Assembly: GCA_963727895.1 (NCBI GenBank)
Contig: CAVSHT010000004.1
Span: 224,001 to 288,000, forward strand
Length of the DNA: 64,000 nucleotides
Origin: an uncultured Methanosarcinaceae archaeon
GTDB taxonomy: Archaea > Halobacteriota > Methanosarcinia > Methanosarcinales > Methanosarcinaceae
Direction: 5' to 3'
Under the pieces are notes generated by a model. That model was not told where the DNA came from. It did not search any database and saw nothing but the letters and a program-made list of their open reading frames with translations. The translations under genes and the position numbers were made by a program. Of the stretch, positions 45,472 through 57,420 are shown piece by piece (within the stretch, counting starts at the first letter, position 1; every line of letters starts with the position of its first letter).

Positions 45472-45776
45472 AGAATAAGAGTCAGAAGGTAATGGCTTAC
45501 TTTTAAGACCGTAGGTGGAGGAGAAGGTATGTTTCTGCGGCTAATATCCTCGTTTTTTCTCTCTGATTCAATTTCGTTCCGGTATATACTCATTTAAAAC
45601 CTCATAGCCAGATCATTTTTATTCCAAAATTTAGTCCAACTTTTTTACGAACATTTTATCAGGTATGTTTTTGGGCATTCATTTATTTAAATACTCTATT
45701 TATACTGACTGAAAAGATCAATGTTATTAAGTAAAATTCCACAGCCTTTAATTATTATAAAGAAAAATCCATTTCT

Positions 45777-46049
45777 ATGATAGAAACTTTATATCTTCTT
45801 TTCCCTATTATTTATGCTCTCATTAATGCAGCTTCTTATGCTCTGTATGGAATAGATAAATTCAAGGCAAAAAAGGATAAGTGGAGAATCTCCGAATCAA
45901 GCCTTTTGATTGCTTCTTTTTTTGGACCGATTGGTGCATTGCTCGGGATGCAGCATTTCAGGCACAAGACCCAGAAGCCTATGTTTAAATTTCTTGTACC
46001 TATGTTTACAGGAATTCATCTGCTGTTAATACTCTGGATAAATCTTTAA
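45777..46049 (+). CDS. DUF1294 small membrane protein
   Basis: YGIDKFKAKKDKWRISE, GALLGMQHFRHKTQK. Confidence 0.9.
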   Translation: MIETLYLLFPIIYALINAASYALYGIDKFKAKKDKWRISESSLLIASFFGPIGALLGMQHFRHKTQKPMFKFLVPMFTGIHLLLILWINL

Positions 46050-46274
46050 AAATCTCCGAACTCTGAATTAATCTCTGAACTAAAACAATTTTTACAGGGC
46101 TAATAAATTACAAAAAAATATGAAGAAAATTAGAATTATCAGATGAAAATAGATATGAAAATGAGAATAGATATAAAAAGAAAAAGATGAGAATAGATAT
46201 AAAAAGAAAAAAGGTTTAAGAATTTTTATACGTTGATTTGATCAAGGTTCTTTCAGGCTTCTTTTAGGCTAGAG

Positions 46275-46559
46275 TTATTTAGATAGCTCCTCTTCTACCT
46301 CTTTAGCTCCAGCCTCAAGTTCCTGTTTATGTTGAGGGTCGAATTGGAGTAGGAGGGCCTGAAACTCTCCTATGTGTGTTTTTTCTTCTTTTGCTATATC
46401 CAGCAGTACAGATTTTATATTTTCGTTTTTTGTCAAGTTTGCCATCTGCTCATAAAGGTTTACAGCGTCAAGCTCAGCAATTATTGCGGCTCTGAGAATT
46501 TCGTTATCAATATCTTCTTCAGATACACTTGAAAGCTCTAAAGGTATTTTGGATAACAA
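46275..46559 (-). CDS. Short ferritin-like (encapsulated-ferritin/rubrerythrin-type) protein
   Basis: AELDAVNLYEQ and IAKEEKTHIGE diiron motifs. Confidence 0.88.
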   Translation of the reverse strand: MLSKIPLELSSVSEEDIDNEILRAAIIAELDAVNLYEQMANLTKNENIKSVLLDIAKEEKTHIGEFQALLLQFDPQHKQELEAGAKEVEEELSK

Positions 46560-46732
46560 CTTATTCCCCCTACAAGTTATATGTGCTTAAGTTATATGAT
46601 TTTAAAAATAAATAATTTTATTAAATTATGGCAATTTCTAATATATCTAATTTTACTCCTTTAGTTTCCCACCATTTTTCCCATAATTTACCTGAAATTA
46701 TCTGTCATAAATTATCTGTCATAAATCATCTG

Positions 46733-46980
46733 TCATCTGAGAGTCTCTGCAATCTCAAAAAGTTCTCTTTCAGCTTCAGGTCTAGCATAGCCTTGCCCTT
46801 TCCAGCGGATAATTCCATTTTTGTCCAGCAAAAAGACATATGTAAGGTTGGTATTCTCCATCCCAAGAATTTTTTGATATCCGGAGTAATCACCATAAAA
46901 AGTAACCACATTGTCGTGTTTCTCTACTGGAATTCCACTTCTCATACCTGGGTCAATTACCCAGGGAATGACCTTCCAAG
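46733..46980 (-). pseudogene. 3' part of ATP10/thioredoxin-like protein cut by IS1
   Basis: IDPGMRSGIP..HDNVVTFYGD, YVFLLDKNGIIRWKGQG; N-terminus replaced by IS1 left end. Confidence 0.7.
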
Positions 46981-47719
46981 GGCATTGATACTTAAACATA
47001 GTTATATACTATTAGAAAGTATATTTCTTCATTAACTGCCCCAGATGCAATAGTTCCAGTCACAAAAAGAACGGTATAGTTGGTGGGCGTCAACGCTACA
47101 AATGCCATGATTGTGGATATAACTATACAGTAGAGCTAAAATCGACTGCTTTTTCCGCCTCTGTTAATAGACAGGCTTTACAACTTTACCTTGAAGAATT
47201 GGGCTTTCGCTCAATAGGGCGGTTTTTAGGGGTGAGTCATGTTTCTGTCCAAAGATGGATAAAGAAATTTGGTAAGGAGTTAGAGGACCTAAAAAGTGAA
47301 AATGAGATATCTATTGTTGAAATGGATGAGATGCACACTTACATCGGTAACAAAAAAATATTGCTGGATCTGGATTGCTGTTGATAGAGTTGGGAAAAAG
47401 TTCATCAACTGCTCTTTTGGTAGCAGAGGAACGAAAACTGGAAAACTACTCTAGGAAAAAATGAAGAAAAAAGAGATTGGAGAAGTGATGACTGATCACT
47501 GGAGGGCATATGCAGAGTTTCTTCCAGAAAAGATCCATACTCAATCAAAAGCAGAAACATTTACAGTTAAGGGATATAACAGCATATTGAGGCACTTTTT
47601 GGCAAGGTTGAGAAGAAAGACAAAGTGTTATACGAAGAGTCTTGAAATGCTAAAGTACTCGGTTATTCTATTGATGAAATAAAGAAATAAAGAACTAGAT
47701 ATAGTTAAGTAACAATGCC
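46981..47719 (+). mobile_element. IS1-family element copy 6 (inactivated)
   Basis: Ends ggcattgatacttaaac / aagtaacaatgcc; ATG>ATT, A7 slippery run, TGG>TAG; no target duplication. Confidence 0.93.
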
Positions 47720-49306
47720 CTAAAAAGATATGATGATGCCTTAGAGGCTTTTGATACATCAATTAATATTGACCAAGATAATGCTTTTTCATGGAATGGC
47801 AAAGGCCTTGTTTTATTAAACCTTCAGAAATACACTGATGCTATTGAAGCTTACAAAACTGCACTCAGTAAGAATGCAATCAAAGAAAAACCAGATATTA
47901 AAGAGCTTACTTTTTCGTTGAATGGGAAAGGTGTTGCTTTTGCAAGTTTGGGGCAATTTAATAAATCTATAGAGGCTTTTAATGAGTCATTAAATCTAGA
48001 TGATCCAAAACCAGCTTTTGCCTTATCTGGTAAGGCTACTGTTTATTATACTATTGGAAAACTTGAAGAAGCCTTAAATCTTTTCGAAGATTCTTTAAAG
48101 TTTGATCCAACTTCCAGCTTCGCATGGAATGAAAAGGGTCTAGTTCTTTTAAGTCTTAAGCAATTTGATACCGCTATAGAGTCGTTTAAAAAATCAATTT
48201 TTTATGATTGTGACTTTATTCCTGCGCATAATAACTTGACAGAACTTTATCTGGCTATTGGTGACTTAAAAAATGCTAGTTCAACATTAGATGATGTTTC
48301 ATTTAAAGATACTATAAATGATTCCACTTTGTTGTTAAAAGGAAGAGTTGAACTTGAAAAACAAAACTATGATAATGCTATCCATTATTTTAAAGAAGCA
48401 ATTTCATTGAGTACTGGTAGTCCATTAATCTTAATATGGGAAGTTTATGCCAAATACCTCAAGGCAGAAGTTAGCTTTGATCCTAACGATAAAAAGTATC
48501 AAGATTTAATTCTTTCATGCATAAGAGATCTCGAAAAAATAAGTACTTCCATAGGAGATCTCGAAAAAACGAGCACATCTATTTGTTTAAACGGTACAAC
48601 TGAATGTTTAAATTTAAAAAGATACGAGAAAATGAGAAAAAAGTTGTTGATGAGCACACAATCCTTTTTAGTTAAACGTAAATTTAATTCAAATATTTCA
48701 ATTAAATTATTAGCAAAAGTAACTTATGAACTCTTGGGATATAATACATTAAAGATTGAATCATATAATAGTTATTTTTTAGGTTGCTTCTATTATAAGC
48801 TCAAAGATTATTTTTCAGCAAAGGATGAACTCACAAATTGTAGAAAACTCAATTTTGAACCTAAGGTAACTAACTCTGCAAAACAGTTACTTGAAGAAAT
48901 TTGGAATCACAAAATAGACACTTCAATACCAAAGTGGTGGTTGGAGTCACCTTCCCACAGTTTTAGAAGAAAGATTACATTTTTCTTTTTATTATTTTCT
49001 ATTTTTGGATTATTACTACCAGAATCCTCATTTTTATTTCTTTTGATTTTGTATAACTATACTACAAAAATATTAATGCTTTTTCAACCAATTTATAAAC
49101 TGCTTAATTCAATTTTGCTAATTATATTCTCTCTTTTTTTTACTGCATTCTCGTTTATTGACTGGAAGGATAACACAACGCAATATGCATTCTTATTTAT
49201 GTTACTCTTCTTTTTCTTGGTTTCTCCATGTCTTAAGAGTTTAAAAGGGAGTGAAATTGAGATTGAATTACAATCTCCACAAAATTTTGAACGAACTCAG
49301 GATTGA
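47720..49306 (+). pseudogene. TPR-repeat membrane protein, 5' end removed by IS1
   Basis: Frame open from IS end (LKRYDDALEAFD..WNGKGLVL); TPR repeats, C-terminal TM helices. Confidence 0.8.
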
Positions 49307-49437
49307 TAGAGAGAAATCTTAAAGATTTCGAGAAAGGTTTGAAGAGATGAACTAAGTTGGAGAATTTTTTGAATGATTAATATTCAAGTTCAATTTTACC
49401 TAATAACTAATTCAACATGACAGTTATTTAGGTAACT

Positions 49438-49806
49438 ATGAAAATCCTTCAAACACTTTCCCGTCTCTACATAAACGACCTGAACTCTGCCCTTGAGTTT
49501 TATGAAGAACTTCTCGGCTCGTCCCCAGCCATGCGCTTTGAAATTCCGCAAATCGGGCTTGAACTAGCTCAAATAGAAAATATTTTGCTAATAGCCGGCT
49601 CGGATGAAGCTCTAAAACCTTTTCGAATCACGCAGGCTACTTTTCTTGTCGATTCTCTTGACGAATTCAAGGCTTATCTGGAAGAAAAAGGTGCAGAAAT
49701 AATCCGGGGTCCAGATAAGGTCCCAACCGGCAGAAACATGACAGTAAAGCATCCTGATGGCTCGGTAATAGAATACGTGGAACATTCAAGTCGGCCTGAA
49801 AAATAA
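49438..49806 (+). CDS. VOC/glyoxalase family protein
   Basis: DLNSALEFYEELLG, FLVDSLDE, HPDGSVIEYVE. Confidence 0.9.
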   Translation: MKILQTLSRLYINDLNSALEFYEELLGSSPAMRFEIPQIGLELAQIENILLIAGSDEALKPFRITQATFLVDSLDEFKAYLEEKGAEIIRGPDKVPTGRNMTVKHPDGSVIEYVEHSSRPEK

Positions 49807-49959
49807 AGAAACAGTTAATATATAAATTATTGATTTAATCTGTATAATAGCAAATTCTATTCATTTAACAATGGTTGGTTCAAGTTTTGGTTCAAATTTG
49901 ATCTCATTCTGAGCTAAAAGGGCTAGATAAAGTTTCTAGGGGGGCTAGTTCTGAAAATC

Positions 49960-51474
49960 ATGTTTATCGGAGATTTTTCTAACAGGTGGAGGTTCAGTGC
50001 TGCATTTGTTGTTGTCTTATTTCTGTTTTCAACAAGTTTAGGAAGTGAAAAAGTTATTTGTGTAGATCCAGGAAATTCTATTCAGGCTGCTGTAAATAAT
50101 TCCACGTCTGGAGATCTTATCATTGTTAAAGCCGGAGAATATCAAGAAAACGTTGTTGTCAACGTTTCAGGGATAAAAATCAGTTCTGAATTTGATAACC
50201 CCGAAAATGTGCTTGTAAAAGCAAGAGATCTAAATTCCAGTGTTTTTCAGGTAAAAGCCAATAATGTAACAATAAGCGGCTTCAGCATAACTAGACCAAT
50301 GAAAATATCCAGCCTGATTAATGTTTCAAGTTCTGCAAACTCTTCTTTTATGGACAATAATTCAAGTAATCTCGTTAATTCAAGTGATTTCGGAGATTTA
50401 AATCTGAATAAAACCTATAATTATGGATCTTCTAATTCCGTATCTTCTAATTCCGGATCGAATTCACATTTCAAATGGAATGGAATTGGTTGTCCGCCAG
50501 CAGGAATTTGTCTTGAGCAGGTTAACAACTGCACAATTGAAAATAACAGGATTTTCGAAAACCGGTATGGAGCCTATCTACAGAACTCCAGAAACAATAC
50601 ACTCTTAAATAACACACTCCCTCGAAACAATATCTGGCTTGATGAAGGATGTGGAGATAATGTATTGGTAAACAATACTATCGAAGAAAGTAATATCGTG
50701 ATTGGGGCTCACTGCTGGGACAATATAATATTTCAAAATATGCTTTCTAACGGAGAAGGGATAAGTATTGCTTGTTGTGGTGGAAACAATCTCGTATCAA
50801 GAAATGAAATCATAAACTGCACTACCGGCATCGATATCTATGACGTTCAGGCACGAACTGTTTTGTGTGATAACATGATTTCAGACTGCGAAAAAGGAAT
50901 CTATTTAACTTTCGTTTTTGACTCCAGAGTTTATAACAATACAATCTCAAAAGGCAATACAGGCATTATTCTAAAAGAAGAATGTAACAAAAACGAGTTG
51001 TCCAATAATAAAATAACAGCGACTAATGAATCAGGCATTTATTTACTGGACTACAGTGCAGGTAATCGAATTTATAACAACTACTTCAACAATAGCATAA
51101 ATGTAAAAATAGAAAACGCAGAAGGAAACACCTGGAATACTACACAGTCGCCTGGAACAAATATAGTTGGAGGACAAAACCTTGGAGGGAATTTCTGGGC
51201 TAATCTGGAAGGGACCGACTTTTCTCAGGTCTCAAACGATTCAAATTCTGATGGAATCTGCGACTTTCCTTTCAAAATTAACGGAAGTGAAATTGATTAT
51301 CTCCCGCTTGCTAAACCTCCTTCTATAACAGAGGAAAATCTTACGGTCACAATTGGATTACCTGAAACAAACAATAATACTCTTAACATTTCCATGGGAA
51401 TCAATAGAAATACCCAATTGAACACTCTCTATCCTGTAAATCGACAAGACAATCAAGCAAGTCCCAGATTTTGA
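49960..51474 (+). CDS. NosD-domain cell-surface beta-helix protein
   Basis: Signal, SIQAAVN..SGDLIIVKAGEYQENV, IYNNYFNN, LGGNFW, DGICD..IDYLPL. Confidence 0.9.
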   Translation: MFIGDFSNRWRFSAAFVVVLFLFSTSLGSEKVICVDPGNSIQAAVNNSTSGDLIIVKAGEYQENVVVNVSGIKISSEFDNPENVLVKARDLNSSVFQVKANNVTISGFSITRPMKISSLINVSSSANSSFMDNNSSNLVNSSDFGDLNLNKTYNYGSSNSVSSNSGSNSHFKWNGIGCPPAGICLEQVNNCTIENNRIFENRYGAYLQNSRNNTLLNNTLPRNNIWLDEGCGDNVLVNNTIEESNIVIGAHCWDNIIFQNMLSNGEGISIACCGGNNLVSRNEIINCTTGIDIYDVQARTVLCDNMISDCEKGIYLTFVFDSRVYNNTISKGNTGIILKEECNKNELSNNKITATNESGIYLLDYSAGNRIYNNYFNNSINVKIENAEGNTWNTTQSPGTNIVGGQNLGGNFWANLEGTDFSQVSNDSNSDGICDFPFKINGSEIDYLPLAKPPSITEENLTVTIGLPETNNNTLNISMGINRNTQLNTLYPVNRQDNQASPRF

Positions 51475-51549
51475 AGTTCTTAACCTTGGATGCTCCCTGT
51501 TTAATTAGTTGACGTTTTTGAGACTTCTGTAGTTTAACAACTCTGCAAA

Positions 51550-52483
51550 TTTCCATTTCTTTTTAGTAATTCTATACACTCTTATGCAGATGTTTTGTTT
51601 TCCAAACTTCCATTTTTCATTTCTTTTGCTAATCTTCTATGCTCTCTGCAAAAGTTAAAATAAGTACAGTAAAGTCTCATTTGATTGAATAGTCCTCTAA
51701 ATTTCTTTGAAAATCCTATTGTTTTTCTTGAAATTCTATTATTGTCCTGTCTAAAAGTCAAGTTCTGTCTTTCAAGTAAACTTGTTGATACTTTACTTTG
51801 ATCTATATTCTGACCAAAAACAATCCTTTTTCTATTTTTTGAAGCCTCATTCCTTTCCTATTTTTGGCAACCTGAGCATATTTCAAATCATTATCAAGTA
51901 CTATTTTTGGTTTATTAGGTCTTCCTCACGTTCCTGTTTTTGGAAACTCCATATATTTACCGTATTTTTTTCAAAAGAGATTCAGCATAGAATTTTAGTC
52001 CATCTGTAACGAAAAGAGGCTTTGGATCTGAAAGATGTTTATCTGTAGTTTGTATCAATTCGTCAGCCACATACTGTTTTCAGGGTCCCAGTACAAAATC
52101 AATAATTAAACCTGGATTCAGGAGCAAAACTCACTCACATCCATGTTCTGTCATCTTCACTTTCTGTTACTAACTGTAGATGGTTGAACTTCCAATAACT
52201 CAGCTATGGATTGTATTGACATTCCCTTGATAGCCATCTTTAAGGCTAATATGACAACAGATTCATCTTTTCGAACATTATCAAAGAAAGTGTTTGTACG
52301 ATCGTTGAATACTTTGCCGCATTCGTGGCAGATATATTTTAGAACTCTCTTGTTCTTGATTTGATAGATACAGTTGCCTATGGTATTTCCTTTCCCAAAA
52401 ATACCGTAGAATTTGCAATCTTGATTAGGACAAGAAATATCAGTAAACTTTGGTTTTGCTCCTCGTTTCCCCATTAATATCAT
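51550..52483 (-). mobile_element. Decayed IS1-like element related to 26057-27216
   Basis: MGKRGAKPKFTDISCPNQDC, GMSIQSIAELLEV, ERQNLTFRQDNNRISRKTIGFSK fragments; boundaries approximate. Confidence 0.8.
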
Positions 52484-52766
52484 TATATAGATCTAATATA
52501 TAATACAACTGAATATAAATTGAGCACTTTGATTTTTAAAATTTTAATTTTAAAATATTTCAACAGAATATACTGTATTTGAAAAATAAAATTATTTACC
52601 GCATACAAAAATAAGACTTTAAATTTACAGTAAATTCGCAACATTGAATAAAAAAGAGAAACAGAAAGAGATATAGTTAACAATTAAAAATCTCAATTTC
52701 AGTTGCTCTTTCTAAGAGTGATCTTTCCAAAGTTGCTTTTTTGAGACATATTGTTTTTAAGACATC

Positions 52767-53923
52767 TTACATAGCTTTCCTGTAAATCTCAATAATATCT
52801 TCCTTTGAAAGTTCTCTTGGGTTTGTCAGTCGGCAAACATCCTGCATCGCATTTTTAGCAAGGAGTTCAAGGTCTTCTTCTTTTGCGCCAAGCTCTTTTA
52901 ATCCTGAAGGAATTCCAATATCAGATGCAAGCTTTTTGATCGCGTTTATAGCTTTATCTGCGGCTTCTTCTACACTTAGCCCCTCTATATTTTCCCCCAT
53001 TGTCCTCGCAATATCAGCAAAGCGTTCAGGGGCAACCTGCTTGTTGTATGCTTCCACATACGGGAGAAGAATCGCATTGCAAACCCCATGTGGAAGGTCG
53101 TAAAGCCCACCTAGCTGGTGTGCCATAGAATGCACATATCCGAGGCTTGAATTATTGAATGCAATTCCTGCAAGATATTCAGCATGTGCCATCATATCCC
53201 CGGTTTTCACGTCTTCGCCATGAGCAACAGCTTCACGCAAATATTTTGAGATAAGTTCTATGGACTTGATAGCAGCTGCATCCGTGGTAGGTGTATCCAT
53301 AGTAGAGACATAAGCTTCAACTGCATGAGTTAAGGCATCCATACCGGTTGCAGCCGTAAGTGCAGGAGGCATACTTACCATGAGTTCAGGATCATTAACT
53401 GCAATATCAGGAGTAATGCGGGGATCTACAATTGCCATCTTGATATGCCGCTTTGTATCCGTAATAATCGTAAAACTTGTCATCTCACTTGCAGTGCCAG
53501 CAGTCGTATTTACTGTAATTAGTGGAGGAATTCCCTTAGTAACTTTCCCGACGCCCTCATAATCATTAATCAACCCACCGTTATACACTATAATACCAAT
53601 TGCTTTTGCACAGTCCATCGGACTCCCGCCTCCGACAGCAATTATCATATTGCAGTTTTCTTTTCTGTAGATATCAGCTCCTTCCATAACTGAAGTATCT
53701 GTAGGATTTGGTTCTGCTCCCGGAAAGATTGTACCTTCCAGACAATCTTTTTCAAGAATTGTAAAATGTCCTGTGCAAGATTTTCCCCATGCTTGCTTTT
53801 ACCGGAAACTATCAGGGCTTTTGTAGCTCCAAGTACTTTTGCATGCTTGCCGATTTCTTTTACACAACCAGCCCCCATAAGGGCTACTTTTGGGTTCAGA
53901 TATGTATATGTCATGAGGCTCAA
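52767..53923 (-). pseudogene. Iron-containing alcohol dehydrogenase, single frameshift near 53765
   Basis: GAEPNP, GGGSPMD, NTTAGTASE, DALTHAVE, HSMAH, HGVCNA; ORFs 53645-53923 and 52767-53687. Confidence 0.88.
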
Positions 53924-54141
53924 GTTCCATTACAGTTGTTATAATATCCAGTAATATATTATTAAATCCATAACTCTGAATAGAAATGTCTTTCCATTCA
54001 ACTAATAAAGTTTTACTCAAAAAGGAATTTTTGAAAGCAGCAGATAGAGCTTAGAAACATAAAAAGAAATTATTAACATTAATAGTAGTTACTTTTTCCA
54101 AACGCACAGGTATTTAATAAATCAAACATAATCGAATATAT

Positions 54142-56181
54142 ATGAGTGGAGTCAGGCTTGGGGTAGATTCTCTTTCAACATATGAAGAAGGAATAAAAAG
54201 AGAGTGGATTACAGGAAATGGACTTGGAGGATATGCTTCTTCCACAGTAATTGGGGCAAATACAAGGACTTACCACGGACTGCTTGTAGCAGCTCCAAGA
54301 AACTTTCACGGAAGGGTTGTACTGCTTTCATCCCTTGATGAGGAAATTTCAGTTAATGATGAAACGTATAAACTCGCAGCCCATAAGTATCCAGAGAATA
54401 TTGCATCTAATGGCTTCAATTACCTTTTAGAATATAGTCAAAACCCACTTCCTTTCTGGGTTTACCAGCCCGATGATTTTACCATGAAAAAAAAGGTTTT
54501 CATGGTTTATAACAGTAACACGACCTGTATTCTCTATGATATTGAATCCAGAAAAGAAAAAGAAGCTTTGTTAAGAATCTTCCCTCTGATAAACTCAAGA
54601 GATTTTCATTACACTGCTCGCTCAGGATATCTCTCTTTTTCTCAGAAAGCCTATCCTGCAGGAGTAGAAATTGAGAGTTCTAATGGTTTTACTTTTTATC
54701 TTTCATCCAATCTAGAATATCATTCTGATCCCAGGTGGCATTATAATCTGGAGTATGACGCTGAAAAGAAAAGAGGACTTAACTCTCAGGAGGATAATTT
54801 AAATCCGGGATATTTCGAAAGCAAAATAAAACCTGGAATTTCTCGTTTCTTTATCGTTGCTTCAACAGATGAAATATCTTCTCTTAATCTCAGGAAGGTT
54901 GATGAACTCTATAAAAGAGCAGTAAACCGACAGAATCTTCTTGTTCTCAATTCCAGGCTTACAGATTCCTTTGCTCTTAAACTTCTCAGGGCAACAGACA
55001 CTTTTACAGTGAAAAATCCGTCTTCAGGTGAAAATACTGTAATTGCAGGATATCACTGGTATTCTGACTGGGGAAGAGATGCTATGATTTCTCTGACTGG
55101 ATTGTTTTTAATTCCTTATCGCCATGAAGAGGCCAGATCCGTTCTCATGAACTTTGCTCGATATTGCAGGAAAGGCTTAATTCCCAATACTTTTCCGGCT
55201 TTTGGAGGAGAACCAGTCTATAATACAGTGGACGCTTCTCTCTGGTTTATTCATTCAGTTAGCTGCTATTTTGCATATACGAGTAACTTTCTTTTCCTTT
55301 CAGAAATCTGGGACACTGTAGAGGCTATTATAGAAAACTATCGTAATGGTACGGATTTTGGAATCGGTATGGATTCTGATCATCTTATTCAACAGGGACC
55401 CCAGCTAACCTGGATGGATGCTAAAATTGGAGAGTGGGCAGTAACCCCAAGAGCAGGGAAAGCCTGTGAAATCAATGCTCTCTGGTACAATGCCTTGAAA
55501 ATTGCTTCCAGTCTGGGTACTCTTCTTGGAAAAGATGTTTCCTCATATGATATGCTTGCAGATGGTGTTGCTTCGAATTTTGAGAGTATTTTCTGGAACC
55601 CTGAAACTAACTGCCTTTTTGACCTCGTATATAAGGATGAATCCGGAAATGAAGTTAAAGACCCTGCAATCCGTCCAAATCAAATCTTCGCAGTAGCTCT
55701 TCCTAACACTATGCTTTCTTTAGATAAAGAAAAAGCAATTGTAGATCGAGTTGAAAAAGATCTTTTGACACCCTTTGGGCTTAGGACTCTTTCGACTGAT
55801 CATCCATTATATAAAGGACAGTATCATGGAGATGCATTCACCAGAGATACTGCCTATCATAATGGAACAGTCTGGCCCTGGCTGCTTGGAGCTTATGTGA
55901 GAGCTTATAGGAAAGTCCACAATTATTCAAAAGAAAGCCTTGAAAACATGCGGGCTCTCTTGCAGGGTTTTGATACGCATCTTGAAATTGCAGGTATAGG
56001 CAGTATTTCCGAAGTATTTGATGGGGACTACCCTCATTCTCCAGGTGGTTGTATCGCACAGGCATGGAGTGTTGCAGAAATTTTTAGAGCTTACGTGGAA
56101 GATGTACTTGAGATCAAACCACTTTTAGGCGTGGTGTCTCCTGCACTCTTAGATGCAATATCTCCAGAACTGGAGATGTGA
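54142..56181 (+). CDS. Amylo-alpha-1,6-glucosidase (archaeal glycogen debranching enzyme)
   Basis: EWITGNGLGGYAS, RTYHGLL, AGYHWYSDWGRD, TWMDAK, YHNGTVWPW, QAWSVAE. Confidence 0.94.
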   Translation: MSGVRLGVDSLSTYEEGIKREWITGNGLGGYASSTVIGANTRTYHGLLVAAPRNFHGRVVLLSSLDEEISVNDETYKLAAHKYPENIASNGFNYLLEYSQNPLPFWVYQPDDFTMKKKVFMVYNSNTTCILYDIESRKEKEALLRIFPLINSRDFHYTARSGYLSFSQKAYPAGVEIESSNGFTFYLSSNLEYHSDPRWHYNLEYDAEKKRGLNSQEDNLNPGYFESKIKPGISRFFIVASTDEISSLNLRKVDELYKRAVNRQNLLVLNSRLTDSFALKLLRATDTFTVKNPSSGENTVIAGYHWYSDWGRDAMISLTGLFLIPYRHEEARSVLMNFARYCRKGLIPNTFPAFGGEPVYNTVDASLWFIHSVSCYFAYTSNFLFLSEIWDTVEAIIENYRNGTDFGIGMDSDHLIQQGPQLTWMDAKIGEWAVTPRAGKACEINALWYNALKIASSLGTLLGKDVSSYDMLADGVASNFESIFWNPETNCLFDLVYKDESGNEVKDPAIRPNQIFAVALPNTMLSLDKEKAIVDRVEKDLLTPFGLRTLSTDHPLYKGQYHGDAFTRDTAYHNGTVWPWLLGAYVRAYRKVHNYSKESLENMRALLQGFDTHLEIAGIGSISEVFDGDYPHSPGGCIAQAWSVAEIFRAYVEDVLEIKPLLGVVSPALLDAISPELEM

Positions 56182-56255
56182 ATATTTTCTACTATTTATC
56201 AAATTTTTCAGAATAAATAAGGGGACTAATTTGTTGGGGAGGAAATGAAGATAAT

Positions 56256-57281
56256 ATGACCTGGAAAGACCATGGAGAGCTATTTTTCCGGTATAGAAAA
56301 AATCCTATACTAACTGTTGACGATTGGCCGTATCGGGCTCACACGGTATTTAATCCCGCTGCCGCCGTAGTTGATAGTAAAATCCTGTTACTGGTCAGGG
56401 TCGAAGACCATAGGGGTTTTTCTCACTTTACGGTAGCTAGAAGTGAAAACGGAATAGATAACTGGAAAATTGACAGTAAACCAACATTTTTTCCTGATCC
56501 TGTAAATTACCCTGAAGAAATATATGGCGTTGAAGATCCACGCATAACTTACATAGATGAAATGAAAAAGTGGGCTATAGTGTATGTAGCTTATTCGGAT
56601 TCAGGTCCTTTACCTGATCTTGCTTTTACAGAGGACTTCCAAAATTTTGACCGAATAGGACCTTTAATGCCACCTGATAATAAAGATGCTGCAGTTTTTC
56701 CCGTAAAATTTAAAGGCAAATGGGCAATGTTACACAGACCTGCACCTACTGGTCACATTTTAAAAGCTAATATATGGATCTCATTTTCTTGCGATATGAA
56801 AGCCTGGGAAAAGCCTGAAGTTCTCCTGTATGCTAGAGAAGGCGGATGGTGGGACGCTTATAAGATCGGTTTATCTCCGCAGCCTCTCCGTACACCTGAA
56901 GGATGGCTAATTATGTACCACGGAGTGCGCCAGACAACAGCTAAGACAAGCTATAGGCTTGGATTGGCTCTCCTTGATCTTGAAGACCCCACTAAAGTAC
57001 TACGCAGGTCAGAAGGCTGGGTTTTTGGACCACGTGAGCAATATGAACGTAGTGGAGACGTAAATGACGTTGTTTTTCCCTGCGGCTGGGTTCAGGTGGG
57101 CGATGAGCTCCGTATTTATTATGGAGGAGCCGATACATCAGTATCAGTAGCCAGTGCAAAATTTAACGATATAATGGATTTTATTCTTAAGTGTCCTGAA
57201 AAACAGTGCCCAGAAGAATATTGCAACTGGTTTGAAGGAAATAGGGACAAGTCTACCTCTCTGAAAAAAGGATATATGTAA
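56256..57281 (+). CDS. GH130-family glycosidase/phosphorylase
   Basis: VFNPAA, GVEDPRIT, NKDAAVFP, LHRP, YHGV, VVFPCG, YYGGAD. Confidence 0.9.
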   Translation: MTWKDHGELFFRYRKNPILTVDDWPYRAHTVFNPAAAVVDSKILLLVRVEDHRGFSHFTVARSENGIDNWKIDSKPTFFPDPVNYPEEIYGVEDPRITYIDEMKKWAIVYVAYSDSGPLPDLAFTEDFQNFDRIGPLMPPDNKDAAVFPVKFKGKWAMLHRPAPTGHILKANIWISFSCDMKAWEKPEVLLYAREGGWWDAYKIGLSPQPLRTPEGWLIMYHGVRQTTAKTSYRLGLALLDLEDPTKVLRRSEGWVFGPREQYERSGDVNDVVFPCGWVQVGDELRIYYGGADTSVSVASAKFNDIMDFILKCPEKQCPEEYCNWFEGNRDKSTSLKKGYM

Positions 57282-57420
57282 TTAGATACGGATTATTTAC
57301 TTAAAAAATTAAAAAACATGATCTGTGTGATTTTATTGGCTCAAAAGTTTATTTGTTTTTAATGAATTTTTGAAAGAAAGATAAAAGTGTCTGATAAAAT
57401 CAGAAGAAAGAAATATATTA

